Positions 39,570 through 54,000 of a stretch of 64,000 bases of DNA are shown piece by piece (positions within the stretch are counted from its first letter, which is position 1; every line of letters begins with the position of its first letter). A program made the translations under genes and the position numbers. The stretch spans positions 22,691,504 through 22,755,503 of the forward strand of contig OZ037765.1 in the NCBI GenBank assembly GCA_964035545.1, given 5' to 3'. Source of the DNA: Bugula neritina. Lineage: Eukaryota; Animalia; Bryozoa. The notes beneath the pieces are model-generated. The model ran no database searches, had not been told where the DNA came from, and was given only the letters and a program-made list of their open reading frames with translations.

Positions 39570-41375
39570 ATGGCAAATGAGAGCACCCAGGTGGTTCATC
39601 ATGGCCATTATTTTACTAAGAAGAACTGTCACAAGCTAACTTACTGTCACCATTGTACAGATATATTGTGGGGAATCATTGGTCATGGACTTGCATGCAA
39701 AGGTTAGCTTGTAAACTCCACAATTAATACCGAGTCGCTTCTTTAAAGCACAAGATTCGATCACAGTATAAATATATTCATCGATATCTTTTTAATTTTC
39801 CTGAAACAGTTTTGTTATGGAGTAATTTGCTGGGTTTACTTTCATTTTAAAATAGTTCAAGTTACAATAGCAGTTTTGCTATTTAATTTTGAATTATTTA
39901 TAACTATTTGTACTTGAAAAAGTAAGGAGAAAGATGCTGTAGTATAATTTGATTTGTATATTAATTGCATGCTATGTCATGTCAGGGCATTTTGCGTAGG
40001 TGGTCTGCGCTTGTCTGCTTAAAATTTTAAGTTAGTTTTATATACAAATAGTATTTAATTAGTTTCTGCACTTCATAAGCCAACAGCTCAACAATCAATA
40101 CTCAACCCAGCCAATATTTTTAAGTCCTATAAAAGCCATTTTAATTATATGGCAGCCTACACTTACCTGAATGCCAATATTGTAAAACACTGTTTGCTTG
40201 AAAATGTCAATTGGTTTTTAGATTATGAGGTTTAAAAATAGCTGCAGTATATATACTGTTACTTGTAGTTATAAATTATTGTATTTTGTAGTATGTAGAT
40301 ACGTCATACATGAAAGGTGTTTGAAGCAAGTATCAACCCCATGTACCAGCTACCTCACCGACCACATAAAGGTGCATATACTCTTTCACTTGTATTTCTC
40401 GTACCTTCAATAATACACCACAATGCTTACGTATTGCGTCTCTCAAATGCTCAGTTTCACACAGTGTTATGTGCGCAGTAGAACTAGCTACAGCTCATTG
40501 CCCAGTTGCAGGTCTGGATATGCCTACTTAGTAACAGACAGTTCCCTGGGGTACCAGTCTAGTTTACATAATCTACTATTAACAGGAACATCAACACTGA
40601 GTTTATACATTCAGCTTGTTTATCATCTTGTATACTTATATTAAACAATATACAACAGTGTTGTGTATGTTCTGTATATACAGCTGGCTATTCACCTCCC
40701 TGCTTCATACACTATGCCTCAAACAATCAGCCTGCAATACTCACTGTATGCTATGCGTATATCCAATTAAACTATACAATGTTTATTATAATTACTGTAA
40801 TCAACTGGGAAAACTAAGTTGCTACTTGCAAATAGGTTTGTCATACGCAGCTGCTTAATCGTGACACTTTTCTCTAGATAACTCATGCTCAGCATACTCG
40901 ATCATGCCATATGCATGTCTTAGAAAGGTATTGATGCCGATTACAAACATGTGAGAGAAAGCTAGCACTTTCTTCTAGATTGCATGTCATTCACTAGCTC
41001 TGTTATACTATGCAGTTTGCAATGAGTTACTTCCTAGTGTTGGACTTAGGAGATCGCTGATGTAGCCCTTGAAATATGTCCATGTGTCTTTAGAACCCAA
41101 GTGCGCACTGCTGGTCAGATAGAAAGACATACAAGAAGAAATTCTGTAATGTGTGTCGCAGGAAACTAGAGGATTCCCAGGCATTCCGATGCGAAGGTAG
41201 ACCATTTATTTGCTTCTAGTTTTTTTGGTAAGAATTATCTGCCACAAAAAAGAGTTAAAAGAGATCGGAAAAGGAAGTGTATAACCTATACCTCTGAATA
41301 AATGCTCATACTTGTAGAGTACATGTGATTGAACCACTACAGAGGTCTAAGTGTTGAATATCTAGATGCCTTATC

Positions 41376-41411
<36 letters not shown>

Positions 41412-44400
41412 TCTATAATTAAAAAATGAATCAATTTTGGATATAAAAATAAACTTATATATTCATTTTATCGATAAAATGAATATATAAGTTTATTTTT
41501 ATATCCAAAATTGTATCAGTACCAAATATATATATATATATATATATGAATTCTTGAAAATGATAAAATAACTAAAAATAGGAAGTGTGTATATGAAATT
41601 AGATAATTGTAATCAACGCACTTGCTCCTGAGGTCTAGTTGAGCCAATTAGCTGTATTTAATAAAATAATTGTGATACGAATTATTTTCTGCAGGTTTTG
41701 TGCATTTTAGCAAATTTCTACATATTGAGTCATCCAGCTGCGGTCCTTATATCTAGCAACTAATGGAAACTCATTAAACAATTGCAAGCTGTTGCAGACT
41801 CTACTTGTTAGAATATTGACTGTCAGAACGCCATTCAACTCGAAGCAATAGATGCTATACAGCATTGATTTCTAGCTACAAGAATAAACTATAATAAATT
41901 TTGGCCTGTTCAGATCAATTTGCAGCAACGTCTGACTATAATGCATTCATTTATTTGCTGACTAGCTGACTGACTCACTCACTCACTCACTAACTGACTC
42001 ACTCACTCACTCACTCACTAACTGGCTGACTGACTCACTAACTGGCTGACTGACCCACTAGCTGACTGACTAACTGACTCACTCACTCACTAACTGACTC
42101 ACTCACTCACTCACTAACTGGCTGACTGACTCACTAACTGGCTGACTGACTCACTAGCTGACTGACTCACTAACTGACTGACTTAAGTGACTGACTTGAC
42201 TGGTTGACTGACTGAGTCACTAGCTGAGTGACTCACTAGCTGACTGACTGACTCACTAGCTGACTGATGGTACAAAGTCTTCAAAACAAAAAATATAAGT
42301 TTGTTATTTTTTCACCAAGTTATGGTTTTGTATTAAAAGATGCACTGTTATCTAACATAAAACCCGTGAGATTTTCCAGTAGCCCCTATAGTGTATGGGG
42401 TAGCACACTGGCTTGCAAGTTAGAAGTCAAGGTTCAACTCCCTGTAGAGGCAGAAGTTTTTACATAGGACATCTTGTCTGTACCTTGTTCCATAGTATAT
42501 AGTTTATAGCTAGCCTAGTTTATGTATTTTTATTTAGAGTTGTTCTTTGATTGATAATACTAGGACGTATAGGTATATAGAGATAGATATTGATATCAAT
42601 CAGTTCCCAGTTGATTCATTCCACTCTTGCTGTGTCATGTTGTTGTCCATCATTTCTGCAACAGTAATCTGTTCCTGGATCTTTGATTTATTAAAGAGCT
42701 CTGTACCAAGATTGTGTTTCACCTCTAGAAGTAAAGTAATAAAAATTGTATAAACATTCTAGAGTGACAAGTTTAAAGTATGTTCCAGTGTGTCGAAATA
42801 TACTAGGAAACATGAGTTTGGTGTCACAGTTTGCATAGTAACAGCTTACCCATACTTTCTCTGGTCTCTGTAGTTGTTATAATTCGATTTAGCAAACATT
42901 TAGCAGGCAGGCATGATTAGTAATGTTAGATATTGATTTTTAGTTAGTTTAGTGTTAGTTTAGTGAACTTTGTGTCTAGCAGTCTAAATGGCCTGTGATT
43001 AGTGTTTTACTAAAGTGCAATTAGCTCTCCATTTATATAATTGGACCCATCAGTTTATTAAGTGTAAAACTTTAAATAACCCACTCATGGCCATATTGTC
43101 AGGCAGCAAGATGGCAGCAACCCTTAGGCAATGTAAAGTTACTCGGATTATCTCCAGAGTCATCGCTAAGCACACACATATCTTAACCTAGTTTTACTAT
43201 ACTTAAGAAGTAGTCAAACTCTATGCTATATTGTCTAATATGTTTATATCAGATATTCATTGAGATACTGACTTGTAGTTTGAATAGTTTTAATCTATGG
43301 AACTAATATGATACTATTATGCTGGCTGTTTTTAGGTCTATTTATAATACAAACCTGTGGATACTATTTATAGTCCAAGAACCCATGGAGTAGATGCAGT
43401 TTCAGGCTATTATTTTTATACGCTAGTTTTGGGAAGAAAGTCAACTTTGCCAGATAAAACCAGATATTATCTGTATTCTGCTGGCAGTTTTGGAAACAAG
43501 TAGCAAGTAATGGGCAAATTAGTGTTCTTCTGGTACCACATACAGCATTATTTGAAAATTAAAAGCTTATTAGTTAGAGTGTCTGAAAGTGAAGAAAATT
43601 GCAGTCTCCAGAGTATGCCATGGTTCATGTATGTTAACTGGGGACAGCGTGAGACTTGCATTGACATTTTAACTTCTTGAGTTATGTGGTCATGCTGCCT
43701 GGTATTTATTTTGTGGTAAATTGTTACACTATGTTTTGCAAGGTTAGGTAATTTATATGACTGGATTTTTCTAGTAAATTCCTGAAGTTATAATTGATAT
43801 CGAAGCAGTTTATTGATTGCTCACAAAGAATTTTCTTCAATGGAGTTGCTAAAAATATTTTTAATTTTCAATTTTTTCTTGTCATCTAAAAGAATCTGAA
43901 TTCGAGCTGGTCTTTTTATGTAACCTTTGCTAACCTAGCAGCAATACATGTTCTTGTCTGGTTGAAAATTTAAAAATAATTTTTGAATCACTCGAAATAT
44001 AGATCAAATAAGTTGCAATACTACTAAATAATATTTGTACTACTGCTTAGCAGTCACATGACCATGAAAACAGCATAGTATCAACTTGCAACTGTTGCTA
44101 TAGCTGCAATAGTTTATAGCAATAAACAGCTTTGTGTAGACATTAAAATAGTACTCAATGTATGTAACTTCAAGATGCAAGTAAATAATTAACTCAGGCT
44201 GCTCTGGGGTTGAAAGTATTTTCAGCGAAGACAACCCTGTTTGGCTGTTAAAAACTACTTTACTTGATGCCTACAATATGCTTATATGATTACATTTCAC
44301 ATTTAGTCATATGGGCTGCTCTCCGTGGCATTGTTATGGTAGAACACTATTGACTTGGTTTTTTCATCATCTTGCAGAAAAAATTTTGAAGCTCTAAAAT

Positions 44401-47400
44401 TTGTAGATATTGAAAATGCTGCAGCCCATTTTAGTAAACCATTGAGATGGAAAGTTAATGTTTATGTGACCGTCTATGTACCTTCTTTCTATTGAGATAT
44501 TGTATTTTAGTCTGCGAGTATTATACACACGTGGAGTGCAAAGACTTCGTAGTGAGCAACTGCAAGCAGTGTGCCACTTACACTCCCAATATAGATCAGG
44601 TTAGTTAAGTACTTCCTTCTACTGCTGTATGTTGTAACGTGATGATTGCATTTAGTATGTTATTTATCACAATAGAGCATAGCCTCAGTTCTGCATGCTC
44701 TGTACTGAAGGACTACTCTACTTCATTGCGTATCTAGAAAATGATGCTTTAGCTTAGGTTTTTCTAACAAGTTCTGACAAGAAACCTTTTGTTTTTGAGC
44801 AATTAATTTCTTACCCAGCAACTTTTTGCTAAAAAATAGCCTGATTTGCACCTACTTGCAGATAGCTGGTAGAATATAGTTTGCTGTTTGATCAATAATA
44901 TAAATATCTAGAGAGACTACTAGCAATGTCCTTGTAGGTTGTACTTGCTATCAAGGAACTTGTTACTAGTATAGATGCTTTAGTTCATAACCTGGTTATT
45001 GCAATACTTCAGAATACTGTTGTTCACTTACACCACTGGCGGGAAGGCAACTTACCGAGTAGCTCCAAGTGTTCAGTATGCAAGAAGACCTGCTGGTCGG
45101 GTGACTGTCTTACAGGGTACAGATGTGAATGGTGTGGAGTCACTGTAAGTCTGCTACACTACAGTTTTATTGTTCTTCTTTCCAACTCTAATGCAGTCCT
45201 TACTTTATACTGGAAGCACCATCAAGTGGTGTAGGCAACTCCTGATTTATCAGTATTTATACCCCTCTATAAAATGTTTCACTTTTTTAGCAAAACTGCT
45301 GCCGAGCTGCTGCTTAAAATACCTTGCGAGGCTCAATAATAACGTTTTCTTGACTACATAACCTCCAAAATTACCTGTAAATTCTTCACTTCAATAATTG
45401 TAGTAAAACATTTCCATGAAATATATATTGCAAGGTATAGTCTAAAGAAGATTGTAAATTTTCGAGCCGTTGCTATAACTATATATCCTTAAGCTCAGTA
45501 TCATTCATAAATAAACCAATATTTTGCATTTTCAATTAAATGTAACTGAAGAGTGAAGAGTAAAAGGCAGATAGCAGTGTTATCATTTAGAGTCAGTTTG
45601 GCTACATGCTGCCGCTGCTGCCTCCAATCTATCGGGCTGCAGCCCTGATATGGACATAATTAGCCTGGGCTGATGGGAAGCACACATGATTATAGATAAG
45701 GAGTCCAGTTAGCAATTATTACTGCGTAATTGTTATTAATTTATATATTTCAACAATGTGTTACATGGAAATCCATGTTAATGGCTGGGAGTTATTTTTA
45801 AAGGTTTGATTGCATTCCTGCATTACAACCGCATGCTTTGTGGTCAATGAAATGAGCGTTGCTTCATTACTGCTTTCCAATTAGCTACCTGGGGTTATGT
45901 GGACCCCTTCTCTTTCTTTATACACACAATTATGCATACTTAGCAGCAATGATTGTTGCATCAACATTTGCAAATTGTTAGGTATTTAGCTTAAGAGTTT
46001 TCAGGATATTACTGGTGGGACATAGCAGGTGTTTTCATGTTTTAGACTGAGCTCCATTTTTTCAGAAGCAGGAAGAAGGAATTTTTGTCACTTGCATACT
46101 TTGAATATTTTTAAATTAATGCGCTGTGATTTTGAATGGTCTTTGCATAAAAGGCTATTCATATTTATTTGCCTTTATTGTTACTCAATGTTTACTCAGC
46201 AAAATTCTGTCTTTCATTTTAATGTGCTTTACAAATGCTACAATTTCCTGCTTGTACCTTATTTCAGTAGATTGTAAATAAAAATTGCGTAGATTTGTAA
46301 AGTAAATCTGAAATGTAGTTAAGTCAGAAGTAGTAAACTAGAGCAGTTGCTATACCTTATAGCAGATATTTTTAACCTTGTTCTTTCATAGTCATTTGTA
46401 AGTTTCAACAGCTTCTTGAGCATCATACTTCTTAAAGAATCATTGGTTTTTATACCAACATTACCGCATAATATGTGAGCCTATATACTAGTCATACTAA
46501 AGCTACATACTAGTCATATTATAGCTATATACTAGTCATACTATAGCTATATACTAGTCATACTATAGCTATATACTAGTCATACTATAGCTATATACTA
46601 GTCATACTATAGCTATATACTAGTCATACTAAAGCTATATACTAGTCATACTATAGCTATATACTAGTCATATTATAGCTATATACTAGTCATACTATAG
46701 CTATATACTAGTCATACTATAGCTATATACTAGTCATACTATAGCTGTATACTAGTCATACTATAGCTATATACTAGTCATACTATAGCTATATACTAGT
46801 CATACTATGGCTATATACTAGTCATACTATAGCTATATACTAGTCATACTATAGCTATATACTAGTCATACTATAGCTATATACTAGTCATACTAAAGCT
46901 ATATACTAGTCATACTATAGCTATATACTAGTCATATTATAGCTATATACTAGTCATACTATAGCTATATACTAGTCATACTATAGCTATATACTAGTCA
47001 TACTATAGCTATATACTAGTCATACTATGGCTATATACTAGTCATACTATAGCTATATACTAGTCATACTATAGCTTTATACTAGTCATACTATAGCTAT
47101 ATACTAGTCATACTATAGCTACATACTAGTCATACTATAGCTACATACTAGTCATACTATAGCTATATACTAGTCATACTATGGCTATATACTAGTCATA
47201 CTATAGCTACATACTAGTCATACTATAGCTATATACTAGTCATACTATGGCTATATACTAGTCATATTATCTGCAGTGTGTGTTTAATGTAGGCTCATTC
47301 ATACTGCCAGAAGATGCTCTCCGCTGAATGCTCTTTTGGAGACTTGAAACAGATCTTCCTTCCACCATACTGTGTCACAGTGCCAAGACTCGACTTCACC

Positions 47401-48012
47401 ATAGAGACTGTGCTGAGCTTCACTAAAACCTCCGCTCCTGGTAGGCTGAGTGACTAGTGGTAGAGTTGTTGTGGTAACTTGTTTATTCTCCGTCAGTATC
47501 CCTCACAGCTGTTATAGATAAAGATGTTGAAGTAAATGTGTTATAGTAGTCATTGTTTACCTCTCCGCTTATTCTAAGACCAATCTATTTATTTTTCATG
47601 TCTTTTAAAATTTAAGACTCCCAGTTTAACTCAAGACAAATGTGAAAAGTTGAAAATGTGTAATAATGAAATGTTGAGGGTTGGTTGTAGCTAGGCTACA
47701 GGTGGGACTAGGCTTGTTGTCAGTCACACTGTATTCTGCAGCAAGGAGTATATCTGATGAGTGGTCTAGCGGTGACTCCAAACAAGACGAAGAGAATAAC
47801 CTGGTGGGTCAGTCTTCTCTTATGGTTGCTGCCGGGGCCTCCAATAGATCAAGTCCCTCTACTTCGTACAGCTCTCCCACTTCCCCACCCGTCACGAGTC
47901 CAACCACTCTACCAACTTATCCTTCCTCTAAGCTCAGCAAAGACAAAAATGACAAAGACGAAAAAAGTAAGCAGTCACTGGTTTGGACTTAACAACTATT
48001 GCAATATATATA

Positions 48013-48049
<37 letters not shown>

Positions 48050-51000
48050 AGCTGGTGATAGATGTATAAGGACTTTCATTTCAGCCACAGTCTGCACTAC
48101 GTTATGTGTTACTGAGCTGTAAACATTAAGTGGTTCAATAATGTTGCCATGATGAATATAATTATGTATTTAAACTGTTAGCAAAATCTTGTTATATGCA
48201 TGTTGACTGCAGGTAAAGTGTTTGTGTACGATGGTGATGTTGCCTACCGGGATGGACTATATCGAGTAGTCATAGCAGCTAAGAACGCTACAGTGGGAGT
48301 TATTCTAGTGAGTTGGTAAATGTATCATATAGCAACAGGCATTTTAGGATTAAATGTTTTTCTGCAATGCTCTGCGCAGGGGTTAAAGTGTTGGTCTAAA
48401 AATCAAAGGTTTTGGAAATACGTTATATTCTATGGCTTACTTTTGAAGCTGTACTGTGATTGCTGTCTATATATTATATATATATATTATATTATTATAT
48501 ATGATTATATGATTATATATATGGGTATCTATTATAGAGCAATAACTGGTGAATAAATTATTCTTCAAAAAATATACATTAGCAGCTAGTTTGTTTTGTG
48601 TTGTACTGAATATTTACTGTATCTAATAATCAAATCCACTACTTTTTGTATCAAACTTTATTGTTGGTTTCAGGAAGAAGTTCTTAGAGTGTTCTACATG
48701 CCACCTGAACCTCACAAATTCTATCTCTCTTTCATAACAAATAATGCAGGTAACTTTTTTGCTGCTTGTAGATAGGCACTTAGGCTATTTAGCTTTGGTA
48801 CTTGTTAGCTCACATTAAAGTATTGTACACCAATGATTATAGGGCAGTGCAGTTGTACCCATATCTGCATATAGATTGGTTTAACCTGACAATTGTATAC
48901 TTCTGCTTCAATGTATAGTGAATGTAGGATCTGGATACCAATTTATCTTTCTTTAATTAAGTCATGCTAGATATATAAATACTCGGCGATTGATTGTGGA
49001 AATTTTATTTAAAGAAACTTTTTTATTGCTATTGATTTACTTAAGCCAGGCAAGGACAAAAAATTTTTAGGTTGCTAGAAAATTTGGTGTAAAATGATTT
49101 TAATTTGTTAAATATGTCTCACTGCTGCTATGTAATTAAGAGGAAAATTATCCTGGAAATATTAAAATACTGTAACAAAACTATTTGTTCTGAAAAGAAA
49201 CTATAGAACTTATGTCCATACATTTTTTGCAAATTTTAGAGGAAATTAGACTTGATGAACGTTATCCAATTAGGCATCAGTTGGATACTAAAATTCAAAT
49301 ATTTGACACAATACCGAGTTTATATCTGAGAGGTAAAGAAAAGGAACGGGGAGAGCTCACGATATATATAGATAGTCTGCTGTAAGTAGAAAACTTGCCA
49401 ATCCCATCTTCTAGCTCGATAAAGAATAAAATGTTTTGACATGAACAATCTGCAGATATAACCTACAGTGCTAAAAAGCTAAAGACACATCAACTGTTAA
49501 TATTATGGTTAAAAAAAATGTTTCTTGTGATAACGTTGTGTTCAGCTACGGACAACTTATTTAATACTTTTGGATTAGGTTGTGTTGAAATTTGTTATAG
49601 ATTTGTTTTTGTACCAGAAATTTGATGAGGTTATTTGATGATGGGATCACAAAGGGCAACTTTCATTTATATTTATTTTTAGCAAATAATTTAGTGTTTT
49701 TTTTGCTTTTTTAACATTTTAACATAATGTAGCACATGGTTAATAACATGAAAATTTTTGATCAGTAACTATGTTTGATTAACACTTTTAAATCATTCAT
49801 CAGAAACCTTTGTAAGAATTCATGTTGTTGGTCAAAGTTTTTAAAGTTAAATTTTTTGTAGACTTTATAAAACCATTGAACTTTTATATGTTTTGCTACA
49901 TTATTTGTAATAATTTAGTTATTTTAGATCTTTGTAAATAATTTTATGCAGTAGTCCCTGAACTATAATAAGATAAATCTCAATGGCTATTGCAGACGCT
50001 CATTTGAAAAATGTTGTGTGTACATGCAAAACCACAAATAATTCATTTTCTATTGTTAAACTAAATGCTCTGTGTTTCCAGGCCCGTGCGAGCATCGGCC
50101 AGAACATCTGTAAGTAATTGTGAAGACATTGCAGTGACGAGGGAGACTCTGGTACACGACTGTATGAAGGCAGCTCTTACCAAGTTTGACTTGAACCCTG
50201 AAGATATTGATGACTACGTTATGATTACTGTACTGATGGACAAAGCAGTGATACACAGAAAACTCCAGCCTACTGAATGTCCATTTAGCATAATTCAAAC
50301 GCTTGCAAAGGTTTGTTATCAGTTGTCATACTTTTCATGATTTAAGTCACACATTCTCACCTTCTGGTTGCATAGGTTGTTACTAATTTAGATTGTACTT
50401 TGTAGATTAGGTTTTTTAGGAAAAAATTATTGTGCAATAATGCCAAGGGTCATCATTTTAAACATTGTCAACACTTTTGTTCGCTAGCAACGGCCATAAT
50501 TCCCCTGTTGTATATGGTAGAACTTGGCAAAATAAATGGCACAATTTTGCAATACCTTGTATAATTGGGTAGTCAAACATTTTTTATGAAACAACTGGAA
50601 AATGTATTGTAATACTCAAAGTAAACAACAGCTATGTATGTATATATTTATGAAGTGGTAGTTGGGATATTTTTTTTTTTCTAAACAACATTGAACACTA
50701 TAATTTATAACCCATGTTCACTTAGCAGCTTTATAGAATAAATATGTGCACTTGGCCACATTGAAATCATATTATCCATCACACCACTCTCACAAATGTA
50801 GATTACATAAGTTTACGAGTCCTAATTCTGTTATATGAAAAAAATTGTGCAAATGCATATACTCTTTGCTAAATGTATGTAAGACGGTAATAATTCTATT
50901 GGATGGATTGGATGTACTTTTAACTTCCAGGAATCTCTGTGTCGAGCAAGAATGACTAGGTTTTACATACAGCTCAAAAACGATCCACATGGCTCAATGA

Positions 51001-54000
51001 TTTCTTTATTTGTTGGAAATTTACCCACATATGTATCACAGCGTCAGTACAAGAAGATACTTTTAGACATCATTGGACCAGGTTAGTCCATAATATGCGT
51101 TTTCAAATTTGTATCTGTTAAGCTGTTATTACTTGTATGCATACGAATTGATTTAATTTGAAAATTGAAAAATGGCAACGTGATTGCATGCTACATGCAA
51201 CGTGTCCATAGGCAGTTTTAACTTTAAATATGCTGGTATATTGGTTCTATTACAATGAGCCAATTATTGAATAAACAAAGTTTCACTCAATCTCTATTTT
51301 AGTCTCGAAACTTCAAAACTGTTAAAACTACTTGCAGTTGAAAGTTAAGCACTTTAGTTACTTATATTTGCTAGAACTATTTGAGGCTTTGATGTTTTAA
51401 TATAATATAGGTGTCACAATACTCTATTTTTGTTTTCATTTAATAAAATTTCATCCAATGTGTTCTTACAGTGTTAGAATATAATAGGATTTAGATTGTT
51501 GCTGTAGCTATGCTGTACACGCACATATAATATTTATACAGAGAATTTATGGACTCTATTGGAGGTTATATACTACGAATACGGGTCTTTAGTAATCATC
51601 TACAACTCCCGGGAGACTGCTACTCGCGTGTTTAAGTTACTGCAGAACGCATCTTATGATGACAAATCACTCTACGTTATGCTCTTACCCAATATACAGG
51701 TAGTATTGTGATGTGATTATGCAGTATAATTACTAGCAAATTATACACATACACATATATGAGCAGGGAGATATAGAAGCATAGTTACCCGGCATGCAGT
51801 CTTTAGTATGCGCTATGTTCATTCAGCTGTAACATCAAATTTTATGGTCATTAAATTTTAACTTCAGTCTCCATAAGTTGATGTAAGAGTCATTTTCTGG
51901 GTCAACATTCAACACTGTATGACTTTTCACTAGTAAAAAAGTTAGCTACTAGTAGGTCGTGCAAGTTAATAAATGAGTATTTACAATGTGAAGCTGGATT
52001 GTTGTAAATTTTGTTTTCATATGAATAGATTCAAGTTACTATAAGTTATATTGTTTACATCACTTTCTAATCACGTCTTTAAGTATATATGTTATCTATA
52101 CGTAGTGTTACTTTTGTTCATAAATTATCAGATTACAAAATATTTTAACAACTAGTTGTGTTATTGGCATAAAACTATATATGATTTTATGTCTATGTAT
52201 TGCTGTTATTTGTATTAACACCTTTATTTTGTGTTGACTGCAGCCACATATGCTCTCTGATAAAGAGACACCACTTCTGGTGTTTGTGAACACTCGGAGT
52301 GGCGGTTGTCAGGGAGGACAACTTATTACAGGATTCCGGAAAGTTCTCAACCCTCATCAAGTATTTGATCTCAGTAATGGTGGACCATTGCCTGGGTGAG
52401 TCATGTGCTCATATAGTCAATATCACTTCTTTCATACTGTCTGCCATATTGACTGGCAGTTAAGCTTACTTTGAGATATGTCTAATAGCGAACTCCTAAA
52501 ACTGAAAGGATTTGTCTTCTTTTTGGGATTTTAAAACTTGGAAGCACAACAAAAGTATATAGCTTGAAATTATCATAAAGAATAAAATACATGTTAATTT
52601 TCAAAAAGTTTCTACAAAATTTGTTTAACACTTTTAATCAGCAGTTATGCTGAGTTAAAATGTTTATATGAGCCAATTTGAAATATTTGACAAAAATTTG
52701 CTCATCATTATTTATCTAACATTTTTTACATTAAACATCTGTGTTTTATGGGATTATGAATATTTTCCACTTGCTGTTCTGTGTACTTTGGCATCAAAAA
52801 GAAGACAACTCCGAATAGACAATAAAATAATAACGTTGAAACAAAATTGCCTAATTGCAGGCCACATGCAATCCCCCTCTCTCCCACCCACCCATTTTTA
52901 CCTGTCTGTATTGGTGAATTATATTGTAGAAATGATGTCATGTATAATAGCATTGTTTAACAAAAGGCTTGTGTAACAAAATAATTTCTTCAAGTACTCC
53001 CGCCTTTTTGCTACGGTTATTTAGTTATTATTAAAATAAAACCGTTACATTTCTAAGAAAGTATGGAGGCCTGGTGGTGAAATCATGAAACACTTATAAA
53101 TAGCCTTGTGTTAAATGTTGTTGAGCCTCTCTGCTCCATGCCTCTCTCTACTGCCAGCTTATAAACTTTAAATTATATGAAATACTTCATTCATCAACTG
53201 AACCCCGGTATCTAGTTAGTGGGGAGGGGGGGGGGGGGTAACCGGAACTTATTACACATTTGTTCTTTCTGTGATTATGGCTCAGTCTACTCTGCGTGCC
53301 TAGAGTTGTAAAGTTGTTGGCTGTAAAAATTGGAAAGTTATACATTTGTAAAACTTTCTAAGTTGCTTAGCAACTCACAAAACTTTTCACAACTAATAGG
53401 GGCCTAAGTGTGTTCTCTCACTCTCAACACCTTCTGAAACCGCGCTAGAGGGTTTTTTTTTCTTCACCTCGTGTTTTGTGTTTTTTTGAAGTTATTTGAA
53501 CTTCATTTTACGTAAACCACATAGCTTTTTGTTGCAAATTTAGACTTTAAACAGTTGCATAATAAAGTATGTGGCTATACTTGTCTTATATAAAACTCGC
53601 ACAAGTTTATAGTCGCCATCCCTGTGAGAGCCCCTGGTGAAAAAGTTTTTTAAGCGGGCTAAGAACTTATTCATTTGTGGCACAGGAGCAATTATGACTG
53701 GATGCTCATATGTTTCAGCTTGTATGTGTTCCGTAATATCAAGAATTACAAGATGCTTGTTTGTGGTGGTGATGGGACAATAGGCTGGGTTCTTCAATGT
53801 TTGGACAATGTTGGTCAAGATGCTGTGTGTGACGCCCCGCCAATTGCTATATTTCCCTTAGGAACTGGTTAGTAGAATATGTAACAACATAAGTTTTATT
53901 GAAAAATCGTTAGTAGGCAGACTGTAAAAATAATACATTTATTACAATCCAGGCTTAAATACTTATCTTTACTGACTGTTTATAGATTTTGTGACATTTA

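Noticed and set aside
42379-42460. Functional tRNA gene
   Set aside because: The acceptor and anticodon stems do not pair convincingly. Kept only as a tRNA-derived fragment.
46481-47270. Regular repeat array as a possible CRISPR
   Set aside because: There are no unique spacers and the context is a eukaryotic intron. It is a plain minisatellite.
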